64,000 nt of DNA from Minutocellus sp. GHC0000111 (lineage: Eukaryota), in assembly GCA_977018835.1 (NCBI GenBank), contig OZ361261.1:868001-932000 (forward strand), written 5' to 3'. The position numbers were made by a program, and so were the translations under genes. This document shows, piece by piece, positions 43,299 through 54,166 of the stretch. The notes under the pieces are model-generated. The model did no database searches. It saw nothing but the letters and a program-made list of their open reading frames with translations, and was not told where the DNA came from. Numbering within the stretch: the stretch's first letter is position 1; every line of letters begins with the position of its first letter.

Positions 43299-46046
43299 TC
43301 ACGGGTCGGTAACTTTCTTTATTCGATCAATCTTCATTCCAAGAACTGAAACGCTGTCATCACAGCGGACGTCAAAGGTGCGCGCTGGGGAAACCTTCTC
43401 GATGGTGCCCTTGCACCACCGATTCTCACCAATCTCAGCCTGTATCCGATCACCCTCTTCAAAGGGCCTCGAGTAGGGGCGAACATTCTCGATAGGCTCA
43501 CTACTTATGTCTCCGTCGGTGTACTCCAGATAATACTCGACCACTCCTTCTTTGACCTCCTCCATGCCACGAACTCGAGCCTCGAACCAAATACCGAGAC
43601 CATCGAAATTTGCCTCTACGTGATCCCCAACTGAAACGCCATTAGAGCCGTTCGATGGATCAATCTCTGTATCATCTTTTCTCAACAAGGCATACCATGC
43701 ATTTCGGAGGGTTTTGTTCGGTTCTGGAGCTCGGAGGCGAAACAGGCTTGATCTCAAACCAAGGGACTGTCGTGGTCCTGAAGAAGCAATTGTGCTCATC
43801 CTTGCAGGAATCTTTTCGTCATATTCTTCAAAGATTTTGTATCTCCACCAATCAAGATAATCCAAACCATATCGTTGCATCAATGCTGATCCACGCAAAG
43901 GACCATAGCGAGCATCTGCCGCGAGGAATGATAGTTCTTGATCAAGAGAGGTGAGAAGTGCAGTGCCCCCTTTCTTCAGCAACTCTCTTTTGGTGAATTC
44001 GGCAGCATCTGCGGTGGACATTCTCATCCAGTGGCCAAATTCATTCTGCTGCAGGAATCGCCCATTGTTAATCATAGATACATCTTCAACAATGGCTGAA
44101 ATGTAGGCATCTCGAAGAGCAGGCGAATCGGTGTATCCCTCACCGTAATCACCAACAAGGGAAGAAAAGTAAAGGTTTCCAGGATGGTGATCAAGGAAGC
44201 TGTTGTAGGCCCCAATATCTCGTGAGTCGAAGCGAGAGCCAATAAGTACGTCATTAACGGAAGGAATTGTAGTCGGCCCTTTACGAATTCTTGTCTCAAC
44301 AGACGAAGGCGCTGGAAAAGGTCGCATTAGCATTCGCTTCGAACGAATGCTCTCTGCCCACGGCGAATGATAAATCTGGAAGTGGGCGCAGGCAGCAACA
44401 ATTGCGATGACGCCATAGCACAAAATCAGCCGCTTAAGGACTGCACGAAACAAACCACTGTTTCTTCCACCGCTCCAATAATACTGCACCAAATAGATGC
44501 ACTTCGTAAGGAAAAGATAAACCAACAAGATGGCCAGATTGAGAGCGCCGAAAAAAATTGCAAACCTCTCCAGGGTCCCTCGAATGAATGCCTGCCAACC
44601 AAATCCATCCTCGGAGGAGACAGGACCCCGAAGAAAGTGTGGCAAACCAAATAGATCAAACTCTTTGACACAATGCACCAAATCATACGGATTGTAGCCA
44701 TTCTGATCATTGGCAATACGCAGCGAGGCGACAGTCAGCCAATCCCAACCCCAGCGACTATCCTTTGGCTTCCAAAGTCCAGCACTTCTGATGGCCGCCC
44801 AAGGCGCCGACATATACTTCTTGGCATCGAGCAAATCATTTAGGGTGTGACCCCACATATCCCAACGGATGTGGAAGTACGTGCCATGCGACAACTGTCG
44901 ATTGTCAATGCCGAATTTGGGACGGGATAAAAATGAAACAATAAAGACGACCCGATGATCCGCATTGGGGTCAGTGTGCTCGCTACCACGATGCCACGCG
45001 CACTGATTCAATAGCAAAGCGTCTCCCGCCTTCCAAACACCGCCGCTCTCAGTCCCATCCTTGGTCACCTTGAAGCCATACTCGAGGCACATGTCGAACA
45101 ACTCGTTGGGGCAGTAGTGAGTACCGGGACATACCTCCGTGGCACCCATTGCACCAGTGGTATCTTGCAGGGCTATGAAGAGCGAATACGAATGGGTGAA
45201 TGTTCGGGCATACCTCACAGCGTTGCCCAACGCCTTGACATCGGCATGCCATCCTTGGTTTTCGGCCCCATATGCTGAGGTGATTGCAGTCATCTCCACC
45301 ACTGCAGGGTCCGGTCCGAGAAGGCCTTCCAGTGTCGGTCGGACAATCGGATGGGTTGCCACCTCCCTCAGTGCCGTGGGCACGATGGGATCTTCCGTAG
45401 CCCCAATCGCAAAGGACCATCGATTGTCCTCCCCATCCAACGGTATGGCCTCGGCGGGCGTTAGCTCGGCGTTGCGTTTCATCACAAATTCGCGCAGCTC
45501 AGCGGTGGTGTCCGGTGTGAGGACGGAGCCGATCAAACCCATTCCATGGCGCATCATTTGCTCCGTCGATTGCGCGGCCGTTGAATTTGCCCGAATTGCA
45601 ATGCCGGATGCATCAAACGCGGTCATGTCCTCCCGCAAACACTCTCGCTTGTAGTACGTGTACTCGTTGGGCAGACGGTTGGTCCGACGCCATTTCGAGG
45701 CCACGAGGATTTCAGTCACATATTTGTCATAAATATGAAGTAGGGAGGCAGATACGACGAACCCAATAAAGATGAGAGATAAAGGGGCCTCGATGAGGAG
45801 CGAGCGCAGGAATCTCCACATTACATGGGAACGCCGCCGCCGCCGCCCTTGGCCAGCACATTTTGGGTTCGGTTCGTCTTTGCTCGACGGAGTGACCTCA
45901 GACGATGATCCCATTGCTGCGCTACTGGTGGGAGTACTCGCACCAGAACTGCTGCTTGCATCGCCTGCTGCAGTGTCGCTGTTATCAGCTTCGGCGTCGG
46001 CAGGCGGGCCGGACCATGTTCCGGTTGCCAAGGATACGGGCGCCAT
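43299..46046 (-). CDS. Membrane PhyH-family 2OG-Fe(II) dioxygenase + DUF6824-like + Tudor-like repeats (paralog A)
   Basis: QGWHAD, FIALQDTTGAMGATEVCPGTH, WHRG..H, RVVF; three TM segments; DVLIG..HHPGN..F..GRFL..W; VGDHVEANF..WFEARV..LEYTDGD. Confidence 0.8.
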   Translation of the reverse strand: MAPVSLATGTWSGPPADAEADNSDTAAGDASSSSGASTPTSSAAMGSSSEVTPSSKDEPNPKCAGQGRRRRRSHVMWRFLRSLLIEAPLSLIFIGFVVSASLLHIYDKYVTEILVASKWRRTNRLPNEYTYYKRECLREDMTAFDASGIAIRANSTAAQSTEQMMRHGMGLIGSVLTPDTTAELREFVMKRNAELTPAEAIPLDGEDNRWSFAIGATEDPIVPTALREVATHPIVRPTLEGLLGPDPAVVEMTAITSAYGAENQGWHADVKALGNAVRYARTFTHSYSLFIALQDTTGAMGATEVCPGTHYCPNELFDMCLEYGFKVTKDGTESGGVWKAGDALLLNQCAWHRGSEHTDPNADHRVVFIVSFLSRPKFGIDNRQLSHGTYFHIRWDMWGHTLNDLLDAKKYMSAPWAAIRSAGLWKPKDSRWGWDWLTVASLRIANDQNGYNPYDLVHCVKEFDLFGLPHFLRGPVSSEDGFGWQAFIRGTLERFAIFFGALNLAILLVYLFLTKCIYLVQYYWSGGRNSGLFRAVLKRLILCYGVIAIVAACAHFQIYHSPWAESIRSKRMLMRPFPAPSSVETRIRKGPTTIPSVNDVLIGSRFDSRDIGAYNSFLDHHPGNLYFSSLVGDYGEGYTDSPALRDAYISAIVEDVSMINNGRFLQQNEFGHWMRMSTADAAEFTKRELLKKGGTALLTSLDQELSFLAADARYGPLRGSALMQRYGLDYLDWWRYKIFEEYDEKIPARMSTIASSGPRQSLGLRSSLFRLRAPEPNKTLRNAWYALLRKDDTEIDPSNGSNGVSVGDHVEANFDGLGIWFEARVRGMEEVKEGVVEYYLEYTDGDISSEPIENVRPYSRPFEEGDRIQAEIGENRWCKGTIEKVSPARTFDVRCDDSVSVLGMKIDRIKKVTDP

Positions 46047-46374
46047 GGCAATAATATGATGAGAGCAAAATGTGATAAAGTGTTATTGAAATCTTCGATC
46101 GACAAATCTTCAACGCAAAACATTATAAAAAGTTGACTCCAGTTTTAGCTTTCAAAAATTCTAACTTCGACGGCGCACCAGCAAGTGTTTTGAAGATCAG
46201 TTCGCATTGGCGCTCATTTCATGATGTGTGTGCTCATTTTATGGGAGGCAAGAGCGTGCAAGAGGAGTGTAGCAGCAGAGACCGTACATCACACACCGCC
46301 CCCACCCCAACTATCTCTCTTTTACAGCTACATCCGTAACTCATCGCCGGTCGGGTACGCGCTCTTTGCTGACA

Positions 46375-49347
46375 ATGGCGAAGAAGGCGACTGGTAACAA
46401 GACCGCCAAAAACGGTTCGGCCGCCACCGCCACCGCCAGCAATGGGCACGGAAACGATGCCAATGCCATGGCAACGAATGGCACCGTCAAACCCAATGGT
46501 GTTGCCAAAATCTCTCCTAAATCTGCAGATAATGGCAAAGTAGAATCAGTGACCACCGAGACAAAATCAAACACATTCGGCGGCTCGACCAGCGGCAGCA
46601 TCGTCCTTTCCCTCCTCCTCCGACTTCTTCGGACAACGCTGATCGATGCGCCCCTGGCAATTCTCTTTGCGGCACTCGTCGTCACCATTTGCACTCGCCA
46701 CATATACGACGACTATTTTTCCAAGAATCTGAAAAATATGGAGTGGACCAAACAACGAAAGGTGGCAGAAATTACCTACTACGACCGTCGGTGCGACCCC
46801 TCGGACATATCGACGCGCAACGTGGCCGACCTGCTCATCCAGTCCAACTACACCAAGGACGACTGCGTTCATCACATGATGGTCCACGGGGCGTCGATGT
46901 ATCCCGATTTGTTGACGGCCGATACGGCCATCAAATTGCGCCAGTTTGTGTTGCGGCGGAATGCCGAGCTGACGGACAAGGATGCCATCACGGTTATTGA
47001 GAACAAGCAGCGGTGGTCCTTTGGGATCGGTGCCAACGAGGATCCCAGTGTGGCGAAGGCTTTGAAGGAGATTGCGACGCATCCACAGCTTGCACCCGCC
47101 TTGGAGGGGATTGCGGGGCATGATCCAGCGGTGATTGAAATGACAGCCATTACGTCCGCTTATGGGGCCAAGGATCAGTTTTGGCACACTGATACGGTTG
47201 CCAACATGGGCAACGACTTGAAGTATTCCAGAAGCTTTGTGACATCATACTCCCTCTTCATTCCGCTTCAAGATACCACGGCGGCAATGGGGGCCACGGC
47301 AACGTGTCCTGGTACGCAAGTGTGTCATGAGGGAGGTGCTGATAGCTTCTGTGCTGACCTAGGCTTTCAAGTGAGCGGTAAACATGGATTGTGGAAGCGC
47401 GGCTATGGCGTTTTGCAAAATCAACACACGTATCACAGGGGACCGGCGCACAAAGACCAATATGGCGACCCCCGCGTTCTGTTCATCTTGACATTCGCTC
47501 CTCGGCCCGCAGTGCGAGCGGAAAATAGGATGATTGGTCATGGAGGTAGCTATTCGATTCGGTGGGACATGTGGGGCTTTACTCTTAATGATCTTGCCCA
47601 CGCCACGACGCGCATGGCTTGGCCGTGGGCCCCTCTAAAGGCTCTGGGACTTTACCGCTTCCCAGGATCTAACTGGGGATGGGACTTCCCATCCATTGTG
47701 TCAATGAGGGTCGCGAACGAGGACGTGGGGTACGAACCAAATGATCTTGACGACTTTATTGAAAAGGGCGAGCCGTCTTGGCTTCCAAATGCGATCAGAA
47801 ACAAGGCTATTGAGAAGGTCAGCGAAGAAGGCGAATGGATCGAGTATTTCCTTGCCTGCGTCGATGAGAGCCGAAATATGTTGAACAAGATCAACATGAT
47901 TGTTGTTGTACTGTATTTGGGTCTTGCAGTTCTATTTTCAGCGCTCCAATTGGCCTTGGCGCAACGAAAGGGTACAAAACAAAAGACATTTGTTCCCTTC
48001 GCTCTGAAACGAATTGTCATAACGCACGGGCTCATCGCGCTATCTGGCTATACTGCTTTGAGACACATTGAAAGCACTCCCTGGGCCAAACACATTCAGC
48101 ACGGACGGCAATTTACTAGCGCTGTCGGCGCTTCGTCAGAGTTCTACAAGAGACAAATAAGCAGATCGACTTTGCGACCTACCCTTCCCCGAAAGATGGA
48201 TGCAATGTTCAGTATTCGTTACGATGGCGAGAACTATGGGTCCTTAAATCGATTCATGGACTACCATCCCGGCAACCTCCGATTGGATTCTTTCATTGGC
48301 CACTTTGCGAGTAATGGGAGTACCGAGACGCGATCATTACCGCAGGTGCTGCAAGATCACATCGTCAAGACGATACTCGGTGAAATGAAGCGGGAAGGTA
48401 GAAGGATCTTGGTACAGACTGGAGACGGAGGCTGGGTAGTCATGGCGCGTTCCGAGGCTTATGAGCTTGTTACGAGGGAATTATTGAAGGCCAACGATAG
48501 ACTTTTGCGCAATCTCGATGCAAAGATTGCACTGATGATCGCCAATGCTCGGTATGGTGTATTACGCTCAACTGTTATGGCACAGAAATTCACGGTGACT
48601 CAGCTCGAGCGATTGAGAAAGGAAATCTTCGCATTAGATGGAATAAATCGCAGCTCGTCATCTCCGGAGCAATCATTGTTTGGTAAAATGACTCAATTCA
48701 GCACCACTGGCACTGCAAAGATATACCAGGGTCAGATGAATGAAAACGGTATGGCGGCAGGTATCACCTCGCTGTCCTGCTTTTGCGACTCCAATCGCTG
48801 TTCCCTTTCAAATGACGGAGTGGAGTTCTTGCCAACTGTCGGTGACATTGTCAAAGCTCAGTATGAAGGAAAGTTTAATGAATTTTACAAGGGCAAGGTA
48901 ATTCGGGTCAATAATCCTCTCAGGGGTGGTTATGACGTAGAATATTTCGATGGCGATATTGATCGAGGTCTTGCCCCCAGGTCTATACGGAGGTATGTTC
49001 CTCCTCAGCTTGGTGAGGTCTTCGAGGGCAAGGTGCCCAATACCAAGGACGAGTGGGAAATATGCGCAATAACTCGAGTCTATGAGACCGATGAGTATGA
49101 TGTCCAATTTGAAGACGGAAAGAAGGGTTCTTCTCTCTCTGTATCAGATATTCGACGCGTCCTGTGGGAGTACGAAGAGGGAGACGTTGTGCTTGTCGAG
49201 AACGATTCAGGAAGAATACGAAGTGGGATAGTATCAAAGGAACACGGCAATGAGACGTATGATGTTCGTTATGACGATGGCGGAGAAGAAGTTTACGGCG
49301 TTCCTCAAGCGCTCATACATTTGATGTGGCGTCTTGACGGAAGATGA
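46375..49347 (+). CDS. Membrane PhyH-family 2OG-Fe(II) dioxygenase + DUF6824-like + Tudor-like repeats (paralog B)
   Basis: QFWHTD, FIPLQDTTAAMGATATCPGT, YHRG..H, RVLF; three TM segments; YHPGN; three Tudor-like units ending YDVEYFDGD, YDVQFEDG, YDVRYDDG. Confidence 0.8.
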   Translation: MAKKATGNKTAKNGSAATATASNGHGNDANAMATNGTVKPNGVAKISPKSADNGKVESVTTETKSNTFGGSTSGSIVLSLLLRLLRTTLIDAPLAILFAALVVTICTRHIYDDYFSKNLKNMEWTKQRKVAEITYYDRRCDPSDISTRNVADLLIQSNYTKDDCVHHMMVHGASMYPDLLTADTAIKLRQFVLRRNAELTDKDAITVIENKQRWSFGIGANEDPSVAKALKEIATHPQLAPALEGIAGHDPAVIEMTAITSAYGAKDQFWHTDTVANMGNDLKYSRSFVTSYSLFIPLQDTTAAMGATATCPGTQVCHEGGADSFCADLGFQVSGKHGLWKRGYGVLQNQHTYHRGPAHKDQYGDPRVLFILTFAPRPAVRAENRMIGHGGSYSIRWDMWGFTLNDLAHATTRMAWPWAPLKALGLYRFPGSNWGWDFPSIVSMRVANEDVGYEPNDLDDFIEKGEPSWLPNAIRNKAIEKVSEEGEWIEYFLACVDESRNMLNKINMIVVVLYLGLAVLFSALQLALAQRKGTKQKTFVPFALKRIVITHGLIALSGYTALRHIESTPWAKHIQHGRQFTSAVGASSEFYKRQISRSTLRPTLPRKMDAMFSIRYDGENYGSLNRFMDYHPGNLRLDSFIGHFASNGSTETRSLPQVLQDHIVKTILGEMKREGRRILVQTGDGGWVVMARSEAYELVTRELLKANDRLLRNLDAKIALMIANARYGVLRSTVMAQKFTVTQLERLRKEIFALDGINRSSSSPEQSLFGKMTQFSTTGTAKIYQGQMNENGMAAGITSLSCFCDSNRCSLSNDGVEFLPTVGDIVKAQYEGKFNEFYKGKVIRVNNPLRGGYDVEYFDGDIDRGLAPRSIRRYVPPQLGEVFEGKVPNTKDEWEICAITRVYETDEYDVQFEDGKKGSSLSVSDIRRVLWEYEEGDVVLVENDSGRIRSGIVSKEHGNETYDVRYDDGGEEVYGVPQALIHLMWRLDGR

Positions 49348-49560
49348 TGCAGTTGCCTGCCGCGATGCCTGTGGCATAGAGACTCTACCGGTAAAGTCGA
49401 GCGACCTGCATGTAGTCTAGACCTACTGGTTGTAGGGACTGAGAGAAGAGAGAGAGAGCAGTTGCAAAGATCGGAACACATGTTGTTAGATCTCTAGAAT
49501 CTAGACTCTAGATCAACTCGGTACACATAGTCTTTGTAATATACGTGTAGCTATGTACTC

Positions 49561-50336
49561 TAGTATTCTTATCCCCGTGCCCGTATTGACTTTGATAGTT
49601 TACCGGTATCAACTACCGGTACATACAGTCTTGTAGACTAGGAACCTAAGTACGGTAAGCTTTTTTATTTGCAGCAGCAGCATGTTGCTAGATCTAGATC
49701 TAGAGTATTTGTCGGATTAAGAAATTGAAAACAGGAAACGACAACGAGCGCGCTTTGAACGCATCGTACCGACAAGTTACTTATTCGGCGACGCAGGCCA
49801 CCGACTCCGCTTCGGGTTCTAGCAGTATTCCCGTCGTCGAAAAGAAGGACGACGAGGATGCACCAGGGGCAGAGGACGAGAAGATGTCAGAAGAATGAAA
49901 AGGGTCGTGTCTACTTGTTACAGTAGCATTCTTTGGCTGAAGTGGATTTTGCACGCATGTCTCAAGTCTCAAACACAAGAGTCGAGCTGGATGCTGCTCG
50001 CAGAAATTGGTAGGTCCATTAATTATGGAGCCTGGCAGTGTCTACGTGCTGCTTTGCTTCTCTTTGGATGTCGTGGCCGCTACGGGTGCGTGCTCTTTTT
50101 CGTCACGGGGACGAGGAGGCTTACATATGCACATGTACACTGTAGGAACATTCATCCCTACCAATTGGTACACTCGATATCCTCTCTTTTGTTTTTTTAT
50201 GAGTGCTATCTAACATGCTGCTGCTGCAAATAAAAAGCTTACCGTACTTAGGTTCCTAGTCTACAAGACTGTATGTACCGGTAGTTGATACCGGTAAACT
50301 ATCAAAGTCAATACGGGCACGGGGATAAGAATACTA
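49561..50336. mobile_element. MITE-like non-autonomous element / foldback with ~126-bp terminal inverted repeats
   Basis: 49561-49686 is the reverse complement of 50212-50336, apart from one T-run indel. The termini read TA..TA. No transposase ORF. Confidence 0.8.
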
Positions 50337-50732
50337 CCGGTACCGGCAGTACCGGGTACTGTAGTATCTACATGATGGCCCATCTTCGTAGCGGTAAATG
50401 AATGTTCTTGGACTCACTCGACTCTCTGAATCCCACTGTGTCTTTTGAGGAGCTCGAGGAGGATTCGGCCCTCCGTCGGCCGCCGGGCCGGTCGTGAAGA
50501 GCAAGTCGAGCAAGCAACAACCTCATCGCAAGATCCAAGATCTTTCCGCGTATTGAAAGGTCCGCATTTGCCAAAATGAAAAAGCGCCTCAATCAGTTTC
50601 GAAGTCGAATGAACGCAAACGCAAATGAATCGAGTCGATATTAGAAAATCTTCTTGACTCGTGGTCATTCCCACCGCTTCGACGTAACTCAAAGCAGCGA
50701 ACCCATCACAGAATATCGCAGCCATCACCGCC

Positions 50733-52084
50733 ATGTTCGTTGGAAACAAAAAGCTGGCCATCTTCGCTGCCATCGTTGCCATCTTCGGCATCTTTCTCGC
50801 TGGTCCGGTCGATGCGGATGGAGGACTTCGCATCTTTGACACCGAAACCGAGGTACGTTCGCACGAAGATCTTCTTGTTCTCGCTTTATTTCAAACCATT
50901 GTCTCCTCGAATGATAGTTCGAGCCATTGTCTCCTATGATGCGCTCCAGATTCGATCCAATGGCCTCGTCATAATTCTCGTCACTTCTTCGCTCACCTTA
51001 AAAATTCTCTACTCATCTTCATTCTTGGTTCTCATCTTGTCCTCACTACACTCAAGTCCGAGGAGGTCTTTGACATTGAAAACTTCGAACGCGAGTTGAC
51101 CGGTGGCGGGAAAGGAAAAGGCGGATCAAAGAGCTCGTCGAGCGGTAAAGGCAGCTCGAAGGTGCGTTGATACGCTGTAGGCATGTAACCATTTACATGC
51201 GCCATGTATGTTCTAACCACACACATCACTTCCCATTGACACCTGCTACATTCGCATCCACAGAGCTCCAAGGGATCGAGCTCTGGAAAGGGCAAAGGTT
51301 CCAGCTCGAAGGTGAGTAGTACGAGTACCAGGCAAGACGTACACATGCATCGCAAGTCCATACACACCATCTTTTCACGATAATTTGATTTTCCCACATC
51401 TTACTGCCGTGCATGGATTCGTAGGGATCAAGTTCTGGCAAGGGCAAAGGTTCCAGCTCGAAGAGCAAGAGTAAATCGAGCAAGAAGAAGGTGAGGAATC
51501 ACATATAGTTCAATGGGGGGTTATCTTGGTCGTGTCCCATCACGCTGATAGAAACCTCTAAATATGTTATTCGATTGGTTTTGATTTGTAATTTAATTTT
51601 ACAGAAGAGCTCCAAGAAGAAGTCGTCAAGCACCTCTCAGTCCAGTACCTCGAAGTCGAAGTCGAAGTCGAAGAGCAAGAAGAAGACCGATACGTCTAAG
51701 TCGAGCAGCTCTGGCAAGGGAAAGGGCAGCTCGAAGGTAAACAACATATGTTTGGGAGGCCAATATTAATGTATATTTGTATGTTGCATGTTACTCACAT
51801 GTTGTTTTCTACATGCGCAACCAACTGCACCCGCAGTCGTCTAGCTCCGGCAAGGGCAAGGGTTCCTCCTCCAAGTCGAAGGGTTCCAAGGGATCGTCGA
51901 GCAGCGGAAAAGGTGGAAGTAAGGTAAGAACTTCAATACAGAGTAATGATGAAAAAAATCTCATTTTCATGGAGACACGTTCACGTAATCGACCATGTTT
52001 TTTTTTCGTCCTCCAATTTTCAATTCACATTTCCAGTCTTCATCCTCTGGAAAGGGAAAGGGCAAGGGATCTCGAGCCATCTAA
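50733..52084 (+). CDS. Secreted Lys/Ser/Gly-rich silaffin/cingulin-like protein; exons 50733-50852, 51057-51161, 51264-51311, 51425-51490, 51605-51736, 51837-51923, 52037-52084 (201 aa)
   Basis: Signal peptide, acidic propeptide ending in an RXL motif (ERELTG), then repeated SSSGKGKGSSSK/KSKSK modules. Six GT-AG introns, all phase 0. Confidence 0.8.
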
Positions 52085-52328
52085 CATCATCGGCTGAGAG
52101 TGCGCCACAACCAATAATATTCATAACATGAAAACATTACAAACGCTCGTGGCCAACGGTAATGTTTCCAAATGAAATAGTGTATTGCCATTCTTGTTTG
52201 CTTTGATGCTGCTTGAGCGCTCACATATGTATTAGCTTTTAGAGACTCCGATGGCAAATGATGCATAGTTTTAGAGTAACGACAATAGGGTAACAACAAT
52301 AGGATACTTCCATAAAATAAGTAATTGT

Positions 52329-53059
52329 CTATGAGCAAAATCGCTTACGAAAGTCCCCAAGATTGTAAACGATCCCCATATAAGAAGTATCCTCGTTGGC
52401 ATCCTCAGTATTTGTTGTCATATCGATATAGTCATCGAGATTCGACTGCTTCCCATCTGCGACGCCATTTTCAGTTGGCTTATTGAAAAGGATGCATTCA
52501 TACTTCGGTGGCGGTTCCCTCCACTCTCCAGTTTTTGGATCGAGCATGTGTCTCCTATCACTGAAAAAGTACTTCAAGTAATCTTCAGCCTCGACAACTC
52601 TGAACCGAGGCGCCAATTGAGCTCTGTACTCTTTTCGGAAACAGTCTTCGCGGAATACACTTTCCAAGTAGTCAGAAACCTTCGTTGGAAATGGCAGGTG
52701 ACTATCGACATCCCACACGAGACTTTTCTCTGCACCATTCACATCTAACCCAGGCGTACTAATCAACAGAACGTGGTAGTCCCAGAAGCAAGGTTCGTCA
52801 GCATCATCCCGTGCCAGCTGCGAGAACATTGGGCAGCACCGTTCCTCATTGGACACGAAAACAACGTAATAGCGGTTGTCTTTATTTCCCCTTTCGATGA
52901 TCCTCCACCGTACAGATGTCGGTAGGCTAATCTCCAAACGTTTTCCTCGCAATAGCATGGGACTCTGAGCTCACGCTCCGATGCGCACGATAGAGCAGTG
53001 AGAGCAGCTTGGGTTTTATGCATGGCGTCACCGCCCAAATCTTCTTCGTGCTCGCTCAT
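52329..53059 (-). CDS. NTAQ1: N-terminal glutamine amidohydrolase (WDYHV family); frameshift near 52890
   Basis: CYCEENVWRL, YVVFVSNE, WDYHV, VWDVDSHLPFP, FSDRRHM. One base is missing in GGG GAA A(A)T AAA GAC. Confidence 0.85.
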
Positions 53060-53323
53060 ACGTGCAGCTGAGTTGAAGCTGAGCCTTTTGTGTTGTATCA
53101 GCCTCTCGCTCAGCCCCATGCCATGGCGGCAATTTGCCCGCGGCTCAGCTGCTCTGTGCGAGTGATGGACAGACGGTAGGAATGAATCAGTCATCGATCG
53201 ATTGATTCAATTCAAGTTGCAGGTTGCAAGATGCATGTGTACCGGTATCCTCATATTATCAACCTTCCACTTTCACTAAAAGCAAATGGTCATATCGCTG
53301 ATACACTTATCTTACAGGTCTAC

Positions 53324-54166
53324 TTACTCCTCCACTTCTTCCATTTCAGCGTCTTCCTCCTCTTCCTCTTCTTCTGACGTATTCCACCATGACGTTAGGC
53401 CAAGACCCTCTTCACAAATCGAGGCAGTAATGTGCATGCTGGCTGGTACCTTTTGGGAATCGCTCAAATCCACAGAGGACGACCTTTTCCGTACAGGCAT
53501 ATCCATCTCCTCGTCGACATCCGCCTTTGATGACTTGGCACCACTGAGCGTGCGTTCGACGGATGCTGCCGATGTCGAGTGTCTCGTCGTAGTTGTTGTG
53601 GCCTGCACGCCCTTGACAGTATTAGTTACCCTCGTAAAGTTGATCGACTTGACCTTGAAGCGAATTTGTGCACCAATCTCAATCTCAAAGCGTTCGTCTT
53701 CGCTGCCTTCTCCTTCCTCTGACTTGACACCGTTGCCCTCCTCTTGCTGCTGTTGGTCATCGCTATAGTTGGGAGTCCACACCCAATGTCCTGATTCCTT
53801 TTCGTAGTGGCTGGGTTTTTGCATCCGAGGTCCTGGAATCCACACATCTTCGAAGAATCCCAAACTAACCCTCACTCCCTCTTCTGTTGATTCTGCGACC
53901 GTCCCCACCAACACCTCGTCGACAAAGGGCCGAAAGACAATGAGACGGAACACCACCTCGTGATGCGCGGCACCATCTCCCGCCACCAGGACGCCGTCGC
54001 CTACCTCGAGTGCATCTCCGTACCGACAAACCACGAGGCCGGCGTCCATTAAAACGCGGTTGGGGTATTTGGCCTCGATCTCTGCATGGACGCTGGTCAG
54101 GGTGGGCTGCACAAACATATGAGGCGGGATGCAAATAGTATCGGCCACCGTCATGAGGACGAACAT
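53324..54166 (-). CDS. RPC25: RNA polymerase III subunit RPC25/RPC8
   Basis: MFVL..DTICIPP, KYPNRV, GDG...FRLIVFRPFVDEVLVG, GVRVSLGFFED, GLGLTSWW. Confidence 0.92.
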   Translation of the reverse strand: MFVLMTVADTICIPPHMFVQPTLTSVHAEIEAKYPNRVLMDAGLVVCRYGDALEVGDGVLVAGDGAAHHEVVFRLIVFRPFVDEVLVGTVAESTEEGVRVSLGFFEDVWIPGPRMQKPSHYEKESGHWVWTPNYSDDQQQQEEGNGVKSEEGEGSEDERFEIEIGAQIRFKVKSINFTRVTNTVKGVQATTTTTRHSTSAASVERTLSGAKSSKADVDEEMDMPVRKRSSSVDLSDSQKVPASMHITASICEEGLGLTSWWNTSEEEEEEEDAEMEEVEE

